A stretch of 57,505 nucleotides of DNA, the filler included, from Jimgerdemannia flammicorona (Eukaryota): the NCBI GenBank assembly GCA_003990765.1. It is 2 parts of 2 records of this genome, joined end to end, with 100 filler letters (N's around TTAATTAATTAA, not from the genome) between each part and the next. Parts side by side here need not be neighbours in the genome. Positions count along the whole stretch, not along the records: positions 28,812 to 57,505 come from RBNJ01000545.1; 1 more part is not named here. One strand, given 5' to 3'. Positions 38,365 to 52,879 of this stretch are shown here, piece after piece. A program made the position numbers and the translations under genes. The stretch's first letter is position 1; each line of letters starts with the position of its first letter. The notes below the pieces were generated by a model. That model was not told where the DNA came from. It did not search any database and saw only the letters and a list, made by a program, of their open reading frames with translations.

Positions 38365-41300
38365 ATGGATATGAGACCGCCAGTATTCCATGGATATACC
38401 TCAGATGAATCAATCATCACCTTCATTGATGATTTTGAGCAGTATGCTGCTGTAAGGACTCTGACAGCAGCACAGCAAGTAGCCCTCATGCCCTTCAGCC
38501 TATGAGGCCCTGCAAGAGCAGTATTCACAGCCACAACCCATGCAGGAAATGATGCCGATGTTGTACTAACAGCACAGAAGACCTGGCTCTGAAACACATA
38601 TTATATAGATGAGATCAAGCAAGCCCTAAAGGATCAGCTCAACACAATGTGCCAAGGAATGAGTGAGGATCCAAACACATTCTATATCAGAATTCGATAT
38701 ATCAGATAATCCTTGCAAATTATGCTGCTGCTATCCGAGATCAAGTAGCTGAAGCAACCTTCATGAAAGGAGTCCATCCAGAAATAGCCATGGCCATCCG
38801 CTCATCACCAGTGATTCTGGATCTGCCACAGAAGGTCACCTATGCTCAGAGATACTGGATAGCCAGACACTCATAAGACCATACAATAGAAAGAGTTACA
38901 GGAGTCAGAATCGAGGCATCCAAGGCAACCAGTGTGATCCCCACCACAATGATCAATCGAAACACACCTCAGCCAAAAGCTACAGAGCAGCAAAAGAACA
39001 GTAACCCTATGGAGAAACTTGCCAAAAGGTTTGCTGAAATGACTGCCCACCTGGGAGATGTGGTAAAGGAAATCTGAGGAAGAGATCGCTGCCCTGTTCA
39101 GAAGTTTGCCGCCACCTCAGACAAGAAGAAAGGTACCTACTACAGCTGCGGAGAAGAAGGCCACTACTCCTATAAATGTATGAGTGAAACCAAACGCAAG
39201 GCTCAACCAAGCAATGCCACATGAAACAAGGAGCAGGTATAAGAGGGTTACTTTTTAGGGTAATCGTTACGTAGTTCTGGAAGGGTTTTCTGGATATTCT
39301 GGATGTTCTGGAAGACCGTTTTCTTATGGTCAAGATCAATTTCATATGGAGTACGTCCTCTACGCTTATTGATTTCAAGATCGGGTTGACGTCTCAACCA
39401 AAGTCCTTTTCCGGACTAGTTCTGGATGTTCAGGATGTTCCATATTTCAGGAAGTTCAAGAAACTAAGACCAGCTCAGTTGAATCGGCGTATCGCTGCAG
39501 ACAATACCCAATTAGGAAATTTCGTGACGGGGTTAGGAGTAGGACCTAACAGAGAGTGGATTTACTTAAGAGTGGTTTGTGGGTTATTAAATAGGTTTAT
39601 TCGCTATTCATGATATTGCTATACTAGGAGTATTTGTATGAAGGGATATTGTAGAGAAGTATTCAGGAATGTTCTTGTATGTTTTTGTCTGAGATTCTGA
39701 GGTCTGGAGGAGGGGGTATTTATACTAGTGAGGGGCTATCTGGACTATGCTGAATATGGATATAGCACTAAGTGCCTTGCTGAGTCGGAATGCAGTCACG
39801 TAGTACAAGTGTAATCTGACATGTCAAGAGATCGTCTGGCTGCTGAGTCAGTTCACAGTCATGTCGTACAAGGCTAATCTATCTATGCTATGACTGCTAG
39901 ACTATTTATAGATTTAGGCACTGTCTGGTTAGTCCTTGATGACATCACTATTGATGACATCATCACTGGCAAAGTCTGAGCAGTTTTCTGACATCATCAG
40001 TTTTCAAGATGTCGTCACGTCTATCTCTTGTAAGATTAAGGCTGTCCTTGGTGGTGGTGGTTGTACAAGGATAACAGGTCTTGGTTCTCTTTTTTTTTGG
40101 TCTGCTGGTGTATTTGCGAGGACTGGCCATTCTCGTCTAGGGCGAGGGCTCTCAATGTCGCGGCTGGGGGTTCGAACCTCTCAGAAATGATATTTTCTGT
40201 AATCCGAGGTAATTTCTAGTAGTAATATCTGTCACGTGGATGGCTTGAGATTGGTTTCGACGTTGTCAGCTTTCTTGAGTTCAGATGAAGCGTCCGTCAC
40301 TCTCCAACGGAGGTGATACAGATAAAGCGAACAGAGTTGTTCAAATGTATTTTACTTCTGCTAAGTAATGAGGTCTTGTATAGTCATGGTATATCTTGGT
40401 CTTGAGTTGATAAGTGCAGTTCGTGAACCTTTTGATGGGTGAGATAGGGTTCTTCTTATCTTGATTTGAGTTTGGTACTTTCAGTTTCTTTTGTAATAGT
40501 ACAGTACACCAAACTAGCTATAGCGGTTCAGAGTCAGTCTTATGGTTGTAGTACTTCTTCTAGTATTCTTGTATCTTGGCAGTGGGTTCTCGTGCTTGCT
40601 GGCGTATTTCGTGTAACCAGATGATCTCTTGTTTTGTAGTCTCGCATGTGGTTTCCAAATTAGTTCTGAGGATACCATGCGATTTTGGTGGCTTAGAGGT
40701 TGTACGCTTACAGCAGGCCAATACAATCACCTTTGAAGAAATCGGAGAATCTGATAAAGAGGAATGGGAGGCCTATCCTGCTCAGACCACTAAGAAGGAT
40801 GTTCGCAAAGAACCCTACAAGAGACCACCAGGAAGACCCAAGAAGAACTCAGTGGAAAAGCAGATGGAAACTGCCACAGAAAGTCAAGCCGAAGAGATGG
40901 ACCAGGATATCAAGCTGGAGCAAGCAGTTCAAGATATCATCCGAGGAACCACTCCAGCCAGTGAAGGAGAAAAAGAAAAGAAGCTTCACAAGACCAAGAC
41001 CTTCAAGTATGATATCTTCAAGGATCTCAGTCAACAAAAGGTCAATGCAACCTTTAGTCAGCTCGCAGAAATCCCAACATTCAGATAGCAAATGAGGTTT
41101 GGACTTGCCGAAACAACCAAGAAACAAGGATGGAAGATAACCGAGGCCAATAATGTTTAAGAGGACTCAGGAGAAGAAAGTGAGGACAATTGCAAAACCT
41201 CTACTTATGCAACATGCCAAATTGAGGATTGAGTCTTTGAAGCCATCATTGATACAGAAGCAGGAGGATGTCTCCTCAGTAAGAAGGCAGCAGACCGCCT

Positions 41301-43839
41301 AGGTTGGGATGTGGAAGAAGCAACCAAGCTAGTATTCATTACAGCTGATGGCACAAGAGCCACACCTCTGGGAAAGATCTGAGATGTTCCCATCAAGATT
41401 GGAGGAGCAACAATCCCAGTAGATATAATCGTAACCAATGCCACCAACTATGACATCCTCATCAGCAATCAATGGCTTCATAAAGCCAAGGCAGTAATCG
41501 ATCTCAATGCCCAGAAGATGCAAATCACCTACCAGGGACAGAAGATACGAATTCCCATCAACGTCAACAAAGGAGTCCTGCCCAATATGGAGGAAGAAGA
41601 GAGCGAGCAAGAGGAAGCTTATATGGTGACTACCCCAAAGAAGAAGAAAGTCAGATGGATGAGTGAAGAAGAATGGTGCAAGAAGATTGCAGAAGGCTAT
41701 ACCATACAAGGAGTCTGTCCTCATGGAATCAAGATGTACTGTATGGAGCATGTCAATGATTGCTACCAGTGCACCATCGGAACCAAGAAGATCTACTAGG
41801 AAAGAAGCCAGAAAGCTCTCGAAAAACAGATCAGGGAAGAAGAGAAGGAGGAAGATGATGAACCACCAGCCCTCCTGGAGGACAGTGATGATGAAGAAGA
41901 AATCAAGGTCAAGATTTGAAAGATCCACCCTGACGCAGTCTTGCCAGAATACAAGTCAGAAAATGCAGCCAGAATGGACATCACTACAGTAGAAGAAACT
42001 GTACTCGAACCCCAGACAACTACTCTACTCGCAACTGGACTAGAGATGACCATCCCAAAGGATCATGTCGGGATTCTCAAGACAAGAAGCAGCCTGGCTA
42101 GAAGTAAAATCACAATCGAAGGAGGAGTCATTGATTCAGACTATACTGGAGAAATTCTACTCATTGCTAGGAACCACAATCCTACAATTCCATTCCCAGT
42201 CAAGAAGAAGGACCGATTGGCACAGATGTTGATCTTCCCAATCATATAGCCAAGGATCATAGAAGTCAAGAATCTGGAGGAAATGAAAAGAGGAAAGAAA
42301 GGATTCAGATCCACAGGAAGAGGAGTATTCGCCAGCACCAAGATCACTGAACTCGAGCACAAGAAGGAGGAAAACACAAGCAAGCACAGTTACACCATTG
42401 GAGATGAATTCCCACTCAAGGAGGAACTCAAGAAAATACTCCACAAATTCGAGGATGTCCTCACCACAGATTTCAAGGATATTAAGGGAAAGACCCCACA
42501 CTACTATCACGAGGTAGATACTGGAGACACTGAACCAATTTATCAGAAGGCAAGACCTGTCCCGCCAGCCTACTGAGAATAACTCAGAGAAGAAATCAAG
42601 CAGATGGAAGAAGCCGGTATCATCAAAGAAGCCAGCAGCCCCTGGTCTTCACCAGTTGTACTAGCCCCAAAAAAAGGAAGCAAACCTGGAGAATTTGCTC
42701 CAAGGCTCTGTGTTGACTACAGAAAGCTCAATACAGTCACCAAGAAGGATCGCCAACCACTGCCACTCATCAGTGACATCCTTATAATACTGGGAGATGA
42801 AGCACAGTACTACAGCACCTTGGACTTATACTCAGAGTTCCACCAAATCAGACTCACAGAAGTGGCAAGTGAAAAGTCAGCCTTCATCACCCCAGATGGA
42901 ACCTACATCTACCTATGAATGCCATTCAGAATGTGCAATGCACCAGCAAGCTTTTAGCAAATGATGAACAAAATCTTCCGCTATAATATGGGAAGATGGA
43001 TGATGGTCTATGTTGATGATGTAATCATCTACAGCAAGATGGCCGAGGAACATCTGCAGCACATACAGCAGATAATGGAGAGACTAAGACAACATGGCCT
43101 TTATATCAAACCCAAGAAGTGCAAGTTTGCGGAAATCGAGATCTCCTATCTTGGCCATATCATCAATCGAGATGGAACACACACAGACCCCCTCAAAATA
43201 TAAGCAGTAGCAGCATACCCAAGGCCCACTACCATCACAGAAGCCCAAGCCTTCATGGGACTTGCCTCCTACTATCGCAGATTCATTAGAGGATTCTCCA
43301 ACATCGCAGGTCCAATCTACGAACTCAACAAGAAGGATACCAAGTTCCAGTGGACTGGCAGACAACAAAAAGTATTTGACAAACTCAAGGTCAGACTAAC
43401 TCAGGCACCCATCCTCAGACAGCCCAATTGGACCCAGGAATTTATCCTTCAGACAGATGCAAGTGCACAAGGACTAGGAGCAGTCCTAGCTCAAAAAGAA
43501 GATAAAAAAGAGTATGTCATTGCATATCTTAGCCACGGAACCCGAGGGGCTGAAAAAGAATATGAGTCCTACAAGTTGGAATGCCTTGCAGTCATCTGGG
43601 CTATAGAAAAGTTCCACTACTATCTGGCTAGAAGACACTTCACCATCCAGACAGACCACTCAGCTCTCACCTGGCTACTGACAACTGGATAACCCAAGGG
43701 AATCTATACCAGATGGATAATGAAGTTACAAGCCTATGATGTAACTATCGTACACTGCCCTGGAAGAACAAATTCCAATACAGATGCTCTCTCACAGACA
43801 CCTTGAACCACCTCCAACCAACAAATCAATCATGAATAA
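38365..43839 (+). pseudogene. A2 gag-PR-dUTPase-RT-RNase H polyprotein (interrupted 39238-40712)
   Basis: Same motifs as A1; VYVDDVII intact; dUTPase ~41900-42320 with GGVIDSDYTGEI. Confidence 0.93.
39238..40712 (-). mobile_element. Solo LTR, short variant of family D (1475 bp)
   Basis: Perfect 5-bp TSD GCAGG (39233-39237 and 40713-40717); termini tataag...cttaca; removing it restores the A1 sequence. Confidence 0.93.
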
Positions 43840-45017
43840 GGAGCTCTACTATGGAATTATCATATACCTGGGACAGCGAAAGATGCCCCAACATCTGGAA
43901 GAATAGACACAAATGATTATCAACAGGACATGGAAACAATTCGAAACTGATGGAGAAACACTGAAGAAAGGAAAACTACTAGTTATACCAGAACACAAGA
44001 AGGAGCAAGTGATGAAATCAGTACATGAACTTGGCCATCTAGGAGGAATGAATATATACGACAAGGCAAGAAGAACAATATAGTGGCCAGGGATGGAGGA
44101 AGATATCAGACAATTTGTCAAGACATGCGACAAATACCAGAAACAGAAACAAGACCAACAGAATCAAGCCCCAGGATCAGTACATATAGAACCAGTACCA
44201 TTTGCCCATATAGCAATGGATGTAATTGGCCCTCTACCCTTGACCCTGACTGGTAACCAATACATCATTGTCATCGTAGACCTTTTTATGAAGTGGATAG
44301 AAGCAGAACCCCTCAAGGAAGCCAATGCATAGTCAATCGCCGATTCTTCCACAAGGAAATCATCTGCCGGTTCAAGACTCCAACACAAGTAACTACAGAT
44401 AGAGGAACAGAATTCATGAACCAGCTCTTTGAGGTTCTCTATAAGAAGTACAAGATCCAGCACATTCAGACCACAGCCTATCACCCTCAAGGAAACGGAC
44501 AAGTAGAAAGGACTAACAAAACCCTCAAGAATGTTATCGCCAAGATCTGTGATAACTACGAGAACTGGGATCACTATCTGCCAATAGCATTATCTGGGAT
44601 ATCTGATCACAAAGCACCCACTTTACCCCTTGAGAAATGCTGTTCAGAGAAGAATATTCTCAAGGAACCCTATCATCCAATGGAGATACTGTATGGAAAC
44701 ATGTGGACATGGAAATATGGAGACTACACCAAATCAGAAAGAAGGCTGAGGATTATATAACCAAGGTACAGACACTACAATGGAGGAATGTGGAAAAGAC
44801 CCACAAGCCTTTGGAGATTATCAAGATAGGAGACAAAGTCCTAGTATATCGGAATATGGTAGAAGCTTTATGGTCACGAAAACTGGAGCCCAAGTGGGAA
44901 GGACCTTACTTTATGCAAGATATAAAAGAGACCACCTTTTGGCTACAAAAACCCTCAGGCACAATAATCCCTACCACCATTCACCAAAGCTGACTCAAGA
45001 AATATCATGGCCAGTAA
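43832..45017 (+). pseudogene. A2 integrase as a separate ORF
   Basis: Same CATGAATAA overlap and frame change as A1; DVIGP, TDRGTEF, YHPQGNGQVER, KWEGPY. Confidence 0.9.
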
Positions 45018-45468
45018 CAAAAGTACTGTGATGGCACTCAAGATCACTAGTGCTATCCAAAGAGCTATTGAAAGACAATGGTACACCACCGAGCCTCCGA
45101 CCATAGAGCCATACTATGAGGATATTCAGAGTATTGTGCAGACTCATCTCTCTCAGATCTTGCACTTTAGAGCCTATCAGTATTGTGCAGAATTCCAAGA
45201 GTACTTCAAGCTTGGACAGGTGCTCAATCAGGATCCAGTAAAGACCAAGGAGGACTGGATTGCCAAGTGTCAACTCTCTCACTCACAGATCACTATTGCC
45301 AAAAGGATCCACAAGTTATTCCGAGAAGATCAAGTAGCGATAGACCACCTGAGAGGAGTAACCCCTACCGACTTCGAGAAAGTGAGAAGACATTATTGGG
45401 AAACAGTCATGCAGCAAATTGCACAGTACAAGACCATATAGACTGTTGAAGCCTGGGAGTTTGAATAG
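45007..45468 (+). CDS. A2 accessory ORF3, unknown protein (144 aa open; 153 aa if TAG 45439 is reverted to CAG as in A1)
   Basis: ORF track 45007-45441; ATG overlaps the integrase stop; synonymous divergence from the A1 copy. Confidence 0.8.
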
Positions 45469-48400
45469 ATGCTTCAAGGATGAGACCATCTATTCAGGAG
45501 GAAGTTGTGATGGTACAGCCAAATTCGGAAGAAGGAAATAGGAAATAGACACTTGATCACACCCATCCCAAAGTAGTATAGCATTATAGTTAGCAGTCCT
45601 CGATTTCGACATTGTCTGAATTCTTAGATATTATCCAAATCGAATACCCCGATTTAGTATAGTATTTAGACATTGTCCAAATGTTTTAACAAAGTCCAAA
45701 TAACTCATTTATTACTTAGCCACCCTCTCATAGCTAGCAAACTTGTATAAATAACCCAGTATCTTTGAGTGAATAAACCTTAGATTGAAATAGTTCAAAG
45801 CAAAGAGATAGCAAAGGAACTAGTAAGTCTGCAGGCAGATATACTTCGAACTCACCCACCCTCCCCTACAACTTCAAGAGACTCTGCGAGAGTCAGAACG
45901 GTCAAGTTTTCAAGATACAGAAATCTGATGTACTTTCAAGAGTAAGTGTTCACTATATTACAATAGTAAATCCAAATAGGTTTGGATGGCCAAGAGAGTC
46001 AAAACTATAACAATAGCAATATAACTTAAAATATTATATTAATGTCTATATTTATCTAAATAAAATAAAAAATATATTATTCAAAAGCTAAGATACTATA
46101 TTATTAATAGTAAAAAATTGGATTTTATTATATTTATATTGAAGCTATAATATAATTATATATTAACAATAACTAAATATTATTATAGTTTTAATTGCTA
46201 CTATATATTTTGATTATAACTTACTTGGCTTTCTCAATATAATACTACTCCTAGCTCTGATCTTTGTGATATTGTAGCTTTAAGTATAGATTCAATATTG
46301 TTTTGAAAAAGAGGATGAGTTTTGTAGAAATTTCTCTTTTTTGGAAGAGGTAACTACTATATTAACATATCTATACTAATTGAGTATATAGTGGTATCTA
46401 TTTTGAAGTAGTATTTTCTAAGCTTACTCAGAGTAATCTTTACAGTATCTCTCTAATCTGAGCTAAACTGAAAATTATTACTACTCTCTAGTCTTTCCTC
46501 AAGCTTATTCTCTAGTTAATCAATTAAAAGATTATATACTAGTATTGTAGAGCTTATTTTTAGAGTAGTTTATTTGACTATATTTTTCATATAATTATCA
46601 AAATACTAGTAGTTAAAAATAATGAATTGTTATATTACTATATAGAGGCAGACAAAACAAATATAGAGCTAAAATAATCATTACTTACTTCTAAAACTCT
46701 AATAATATTCCTTAGTATATTTTACTTACTTTCATCTATAGTCTCACTCTGCATTTTTCTGTCAGCAATAACTATAGAATCTATTAGCTTTTTTTTTTTT
46801 TAAAAAAAAATATTCTATTTTAAAATTAATTAACAATTCTTCGTCATCCAAAACAATTTACTTCAGCCAATTGAAAAAAGAATATATACCATAGCAAACT
46901 CTAGTATATATTGAATTATTATAAATATTATATTTTAATATATATAAATATTTAATATCAGCTCTTTTGGAACTAAACTGATTGCCCTATACTGTGCAGT
47001 AAATTTATCTTATCATTGTAAAGATGATCAGACCAATATAACTAGTTTATACAGCTTGGAAACAATACTCAAGATTCATTTACTTCTGGATATTTTGTCT
47101 ATATATATAAGATAATTCTGAACTACAAGATTCAGTATATATGTAGATCTGATAATATATATAATAGTTTTCTATACTAAAGGCTATATTTTCCTATTGA
47201 AGATTAGCTACTAAATTTTGAGTTATTTATAGCATTATCTGTTATAATAGCCAAAATCTGTACTTGAAATTTTCAGTTAGCAAATTTATATAAAAATAAA
47301 TAATTATTAAAATCTATTTTATTTTAAAACTTTTCTCAAAATGCTAACCAGATAGCAAGCCATTCTTTTTACCTTAGTTGTAATCTCAAGCTCTCAGATA
47401 CAACTAATAAAAGCATCTGTAATATTTTCTCTATAGTTAAAATAAGAGAACTCTATAATTAATTGGGTAAACTATTCTCTGACTATCAAGAAAAAATATC
47501 ACAATTTCAAACTGCAAGGAGAAAAAGACTCACTCAGTTCTAGTGACCCAGGCTTAAAAATCACTTATCTCAACAAACTATAACTTAATAAATTAGCTAA
47601 AAAATATCCTCTCTTTGCTATCTCTATATGACTATCTAAAGGAGAATCCAAGAACTTTAAAAAAGACTTTTCCAAAGTTGACAGCTATATTAGACCATTA
47701 CTTTAGAAATTCTGAGATATATTTCTAAAGAAACTACCAAAAGGTCTACCATCCAAAAGAGCAATTGACCATGTAATCAAGACCATCCCAGATGCCAAGC
47801 TAGCCTTCAAGTCAATCTACTATATATCTTTTAGGAAAATTGATGTACTCAAGAAAGAAATTGATAAACTCCTAGAATAAAGATTCATTAGACCTAGTAT
47901 ATCATATAGTACATCAGTTCTCTTTATTGTCAAGAAAGAAAAAGACCTATAAATATATATTGACTACTGAGACCTCAATGAATAGACCATCAAGAACTAT
48001 TGTCTACTATCTCAAATTGATAAAATATTTAATAAGCTTATCAACTCACAATTCATAAACTCTTTTGACCTATGAAATAGCTACCAGCAAATTGCCATAA
48101 AAGAAGAAAATATCTACAAAACTGTCTTCTGAACTTGCTATGGATATTTCAAGTTCTTGGTTATATCTTTTAACTTAACTAATACTTCTATAATCTTTCA
48201 GATACTGATAAATATCATCCTATACCTATATCTAGATAAATTTGTTGTTGTTTATATTGATGACATTCTAGTCTTTATTAAAACCCTAGAGAAATATCTT
48301 GAACATCTTGAATTAGTACTACTGAAGCTTTGAGAAAACTAACTCTTTGTAAAACTCAGCAAATACAAATTTCTTCTAAAGGAAATTCAATTTCTTAGAT

Positions 48401-50422
48401 ATATTATTACTCCTAATAAAATCAAAGTAGATCTTAGTAAAATATCTATAATCAAGGAATAGCTCAGACTCAAGAAGTTGAAAGACCTCTAGTCATTTCT
48501 GAGACTAGTAAACTATTACTGACAATTTATTATAAACTTCACTAAGATTGCTACTGCCCTTACTCAAATAACTAAGCATAATAGAAAGAAAAATAGCCCT
48601 AGACTATAAACTAAGAAAAAGACTTCAACAATCTTATAAATTAGAGACCTGAATAAGATATAGCCTTTTAAGCCCTGAAAGATATCTTGATAACTACTCT
48701 AGTACTTTAAGTGACAAATTCTACCCTTCTATATAAAGTTACTACTGATGCCTCTGACCTAGTTTTTGGAACAATACTTATATAAGAAGAATATCCTGTA
48801 GTCTATTATTCTCATAAGTTCAATAATACTAAAATCAACTATATGACTTATAAGAAAGAAATATTAGCTATTATAGACACTCTGATCAAATTATGGCTAT
48901 ACTTTAAAGGAGCATACTTTACTATTTTGATAGACTACAAATCATTAGTCAATATTAAGACTCAGACTATCTTTTTCTGAAAGTAAGCCAGATAAATGAA
49001 AGTTCTCACCAATTTTGGTTATGAAATCTAATACTGCTCTGATAAGAAAAATATTATTACTAATATAATTTCCAGACCACTAATTGAAGAAGTTATACAA
49101 ACTCTCATCTTAATTAACTCTATTATATAACAAATCATTACAGTATATGCTAATGATAAGAAGCTCAAGCACTCCTGAGCAATGATAATATTAACAAATA
49201 CTCCTAGTATGTATCATCAATACTCTAACTGAAGGATAATACTATTTACTATAATAATAGATTGTATGTTTCTAATAATTAAGATCTCTAAAGGACTATT
49301 CTATTTAAATATTATGATATCCCTATAGCTGGATATCTAGAATTTAATAAATACTATGAAGTTATTTCCTGAAACTTCTATTGGTCATATATAGCAGATC
49401 AGCTAAAGACCTATATTACTTTTTATAATACCTGCCAATGCAATAAGTTCTCAATACTAATAAAACCTGACCTACTATATCCTATTCCAGTATCATCCAC
49501 TAATTGAGAACAAATCTCTATAGACTTCATTATACAACTATCCCAAACTAAGAATAGAAAAGATATAATTATTGTCTTCATAGATTATCTTAGCAAATAA
49601 GCCTACTTCATACTTACTGCTATAACTATAACAGTATCTGAAATTGCTATACTCTTATTTAACAACATCTTCTACTATTATGGTCTTTCTAAGATTATTA
49701 TTAGTAATCAAGATCTGAAATTCACCAGCTATTTTTGGAAAGCTCTATATACATACTTTGAGATGAAATTTATACTATCTATAGCCTTTCACTCTAAAAC
49801 TGATAGCCAAACTAAAAGGATAAACTGAACTCTAAAGTAAATATTAAGAAACTATATTCCTATAGATAAGATAATTAATATGAACACTTTACTATAATCA
49901 AGTTTATCTACAATAATAATAAATAAGCCTCTTTTGAAATTACTTTATTCTTTGTCAATATAGAGTAAAATCTATACACTTCTCTGACTCTTATTAGAAC
50001 TATTAATAAACTCTTCACTATTAAAGCCATTGAAGAATTTCTACTCTAAATATACAACTTAAGCCAGATTATAACTGAGAATTTATTTTGAGCTCAAGAA
50101 TAACAATTATAGTATATCAACTAGCACTATCAAGAAGAAACTTTTAATATTAGAGAAAAAGTTCTACTAGATATCCAAGGATATCAAGTTGATAACCTCA
50201 AGCACAGACCCTCTATAAAGCTGAATAGCAAATTCATTAGACTATTTGAAGTTATTGTATAAGTCTCTCTAACTTCTCACAAATTTATACTACTAGCTAT
50301 TATCAAGATTTATCCTATTTTTAATATCTAATGTTTTAAGTGATATAATAAAAATGATGATGAGCTATATATTTCTAAATTGAACTAAAAAACTACTAAT
50401 ATCTATCATTATTAATAATTAG

Positions 50423-50590
50423 GAAGAATACAAAGTTGAACAAATTCTCAATAAATATAGTTATAAGAAATATAGTTACAAGAAATATCCAGAATACCTT
50501 ATCAAATAGAAAGGTTATCTGATCTATGATGTAATATGGGAACCCAAAACCAACCTTCAGAATACTACTAACTTAGTATAAGAATATGAT
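50423..50590 (+). pseudogene. Integrase C-terminal chromodomain remnant
   Basis: EEYKVEQILNK...EYLIK*KGYLIYDVIWEPKTNLQN. Confidence 0.88.
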
Positions 50591-52248
50591 TCTTTAAACA
50601 ACTAAAACTTAAATACTTTAATATCTATTAGTCTTATACTATATATTATCTCTTCTGAACATTATTAAAAGTACTCTTATAATTATCATAAATGAAATCA
50701 AGAACTCAGTAAGTTAAGACAAAAGAAATACTAACTCTTTAGAAAAATAGCAAAACTGAAAGCTAGTCTATTCTCTCTATACTACTAATGAGAAATAAGA
50801 TATATATATTTAAGAAAATTCTTTAGAGGAAATTCTCCAGTAGTAAATGACAATATAAATTCAATGTATTAGACAACTATACTATAAGTATACTACTTTT
50901 TGAGAAAAATAGATATTACTGAACTTTTGATCATCTAAATAATATAATAATACTAGACCAAATTAGAAGACTTTGATGAGGATATTGAAAGCTAAAAAGG
51001 GGAGAGTTATAAGGATATAATCTCTAAGCCACTAAAATTATATATCACTCTTAAAACAAATTTGAAAATCACATATAAGATTATAAAGCTAAGTCAAATT
51101 AAAGTTATAGATCACAAAGCTAAGTCAACTCAAAGTCATGAAATATAAGATTTATAAAAACAGAACCTTATCAATTAAGACTGAAAGCATATATACTAAA
51201 TATACAAGTATATCAAAATAGAGAACTATAATAAACTAAATAAATAACTATAACTTTTGAACATATATCAAATATGACTACTAAAATCTATAACTACATC
51301 TATACTGATATTTGGAATGCCATTATCAACCAAGTCATAGCTCTCCTACCCCTTATGAATATCTATAGTCTAGTATCTCTCTATTTTATAGAAGTCTGAT
51401 AAAATACCCTAAACATACTTAGTGAGATCTACTAAATTAGACAAATCTCAAGCTACTATCAGATCAGTCATCTTCTGAAAGATATGGTTAGTCATCACTA
51501 TGATACAGATATTACTGAAATATCTCAATATTAGAAACTTATTGCTTATAAATACCAAGAACTCTTCTATAAATATAGCACCTTTATTTCTTGCCTTTGA
51601 GTTACTACTACTGAAATGATTACTACTCTATTCTATAGCTAAATTAACAATATTATATAAGAACTCAACCACAAGTATATCAAGTATACCCAAACTATAG
51701 ATAGATTCTTCTCACATTCTGATGACTATATCTTATAAATGCTCTAAATTAGATATATCATAAAGGATATCTATAATATAATCTAGTTCAATAATGATAA
51801 AGCAAAAGATAATAATCCCTCTGATACTAATATGATCTTTAGCCAAGAATCTCTACTAACTCTGATTACCTTGCCAATCTTGCTGATAAACTTATAATAG
51901 TTTATAACCATTTATGAGATCTATTGAGATAATGACCACTGGTATGAATACTAATCTATATTTATACCTAATTACTTTAACTATAATAAAGAGATCAGAG
52001 AATATAACTTGTACCTTCAGATAACTCTTAAGATCAAACCAATAACTCTACCTTCTGAGTACAAGTAAAATAAACCACAGCTATCAGTATACTATAACTC
52101 TATAATATATAGCACTATAATCTATTGAAGATATACTGATAGCAAATCTGATAAAAGTAAAGATAATAATATAGTTCCAACCTACTACTATATAAATAAA
52201 TAGAGAGATATTATCTAAGAATCACTCTTTCTAGACAACTACTTTATC

Positions 52249-52426
52249 TAGTACTTCTAATGAATTAAATCAAATCAAATTTGACTCAAATTTAATTTGA
52301 TTCAATCAAATCAAAGGCTAATTCAATTTGAACTTAATTCAAATTAAAAAATTTTCAATTTAATTTAATTTGAATAACTCTCAATTCAATTCAATTCAAA
52401 TTGATTTAATTTATTTGAGAGTACTA
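52249..52426. mobile_element. hAT-type MITE (178 bp) inserted in the family D LTR
   Basis: TIRs tagtacttctaatgaatt / aatttatttgagagtacta; 8-bp TSD actttatc/actttatt; empty site visible in the other LTR copies. Confidence 0.8.
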
Positions 52427-52879
52427 ACTTTATTAGAGATAATATCATTAATAGTAATCTTATCAAAAAATATCCAAACAGTATCTAAATCTATAGATAG
52501 CTTAGCAGTTATTAGTATAGTTAGATTAGTCTTATACTATATAACTATATACTGACTTATCAGTCAGACAATCTCTTGATATATCAGTTCACACTTATAC
52601 TATACATATAACTATATTCTGACTCAATAAAGTACTAAGTGCTATATCCATATTTAGTATAGTTCAGATAGCCTCCTATTAGTATAAATATCTACTCTAT
52701 CAGATCTCAGAAACTTAGACAAAAATATAAACAAATAAGTTAAGAATACTTCTCTATACAAATATCTCTTTATATACTACTCCTAATATAGTAATATTAT
52801 AAATAATGAATAAATCTATTTAATAATCTACAAATCACTTTTAAGTAAACCTGCATTATATTAGGTCTTACTTCTAGAG

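Larger units (their letters stand above)
37794..45962 (+). mobile_element. Full-length Ty3/gypsy family A copy 2, with a solo LTR inserted in gag
   Basis: 457-bp LTRs 37794-38250 and 45506-45962; ATAG flanking both ends; internal region colinear with A1. Confidence 0.97.
47340..52870 (+). mobile_element. Chromovirus (Ty3/gypsy with chromodomain), family D; 5'-truncated and heavily mutated; 3' LTR 51008-~52870
   Basis: ELPKGLPSKRAIDH, FVVVYIDDILVF, VTTDASD, WEQISIDFI-like motifs, chromodomain, PPT aaaaaggggagag at ~50994-51006. Confidence 0.88.

Noticed and set aside
45007..45468. ORF3 as an envelope gene
   Set aside because: Too short, with no signal peptide, furin site or transmembrane helix visible
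45967..47340. Possible DNA-transposase remnant in AT-rich sequence
   Set aside because: Too decayed to recover a diagnostic motif
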